Assembly (NCBI GenBank): GCA_964618015.1 | Contig: CAZTZA010000004.1 | Coordinates: forward strand, 1,440 to 65,439 | DNA: 64,000 bases | Origin: an uncultured Spirochaetaceae bacterium | Lineage (GTDB): Bacteria; Spirochaetota; Spirochaetia; SZUA-6; Bin103 | Direction of reading: 5' to 3' | Part shown: in pieces, positions 63,970-64,000 of the stretch | How positions within the stretch are numbered: position 1 is the first letter of the stretch | How the letters are laid out: each line of letters starts with the position of its first letter | The notes under the pieces: model-generated | Seen by the model: only the letters and a program-made list of their open reading frames with translations | What the model was told of the DNA's origin: nothing | Databases searched by the model: none | Translations under genes and position numbers: made by a program

Positions 63970-64000
63970 GACATTGGATCATTCGTGGACGGACGGGGGA

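Noticed and set aside
1-64000. Searched for CRISPR arrays, tRNA/rRNA genes, transposases, integrases and phage-like or defence modules
   Set aside because: I saw no short direct-repeat arrays, no T-loop/anticodon-arm signatures, and no ORFs with DDE, tyrosine-recombinase, nuclease or ATPase motifs apart from the ABC transporters. The window appears to be core and metabolic, not mobile.

Overview
This 64 kb window reads as chromosomal DNA from a moderately GC-rich bacterium, judged by eye only. Coding density is high, with many overlapping or translationally coupled genes. I found no rRNA, tRNA, CRISPR array, transposase or integrase.

I would put the lineage tentatively in Chloroflexota or Planctomycetota, at low confidence. 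The hints are an archaeal-type PurO next to a bacterial PurN, ThyX, many Gfo/Idh/MocA and enolase-superfamily genes, and FG-GAP/ASPIC proteins.

Gene content, in order along the window:
- a partial GT28-like glycosyltransferase and a CPBP protease;
- two SDR enzymes, a redoxin, and a divergent Cys/Met-family PLP enzyme;
- a family-5 ABC binding protein placed convergent to two Opp/Dpp-like permeases with no ATPase nearby, next to a β-propeller glycoside-hydrolase-like gene;
- an AI-2E transporter;
- a nucleotide-metabolism block: HIT, PurO-like IMP cyclohydrolase, Qor, NUDIX, ThyX;
- a TlpA-like/CcdA pair;
- the tightly coupled TauE operon (18.1–25.1 kb) feeding into an LplABC-like sugar ABC transporter and secreted CRTAC1/FG-GAP proteins; this is my best candidate for an undescribed catabolic system;
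- a minus-strand catabolic cluster at 33.2–40.0 kb containing an amidohydrolase_2::class-III aminotransferase fusion, an MR/MLE enolase, a 618-aa hypothetical protein and a Gfo/Idh/MocA oxidoreductase;
- a secreted MORN protein;
- HD hydrolase, YkgJ and a heterodimeric ABC exporter;
- purN divergent from hemB across an AT-rich region;
- a stand-alone Lon N-domain protein, an M19 dipeptidase, an AKR, a divergent GNAT pair, uxaC plus eda, hisD, a DtxR-family regulator;
- a riboflavin operon on the minus strand with an FMN riboswitch, ribD, an unusual RibE::RibB fusion and ribH, but no GTP cyclohydrolase II;
- a PIG-L/BshB1-like deacetylase.

The operon at 18.1–25.1 kb runs TauE–Gfo/Idh/MocA–TauE–HpcH aldolase–MetE-like Zn methyltransferase–RhaM mutarotase–S51 peptidase-like–hypothetical. 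The amidohydrolase::aminotransferase fusion in the 33.2–40.0 kb cluster is the second strongest lead.

All identifications rest on reading motifs in the supplied translations. No database search was run.
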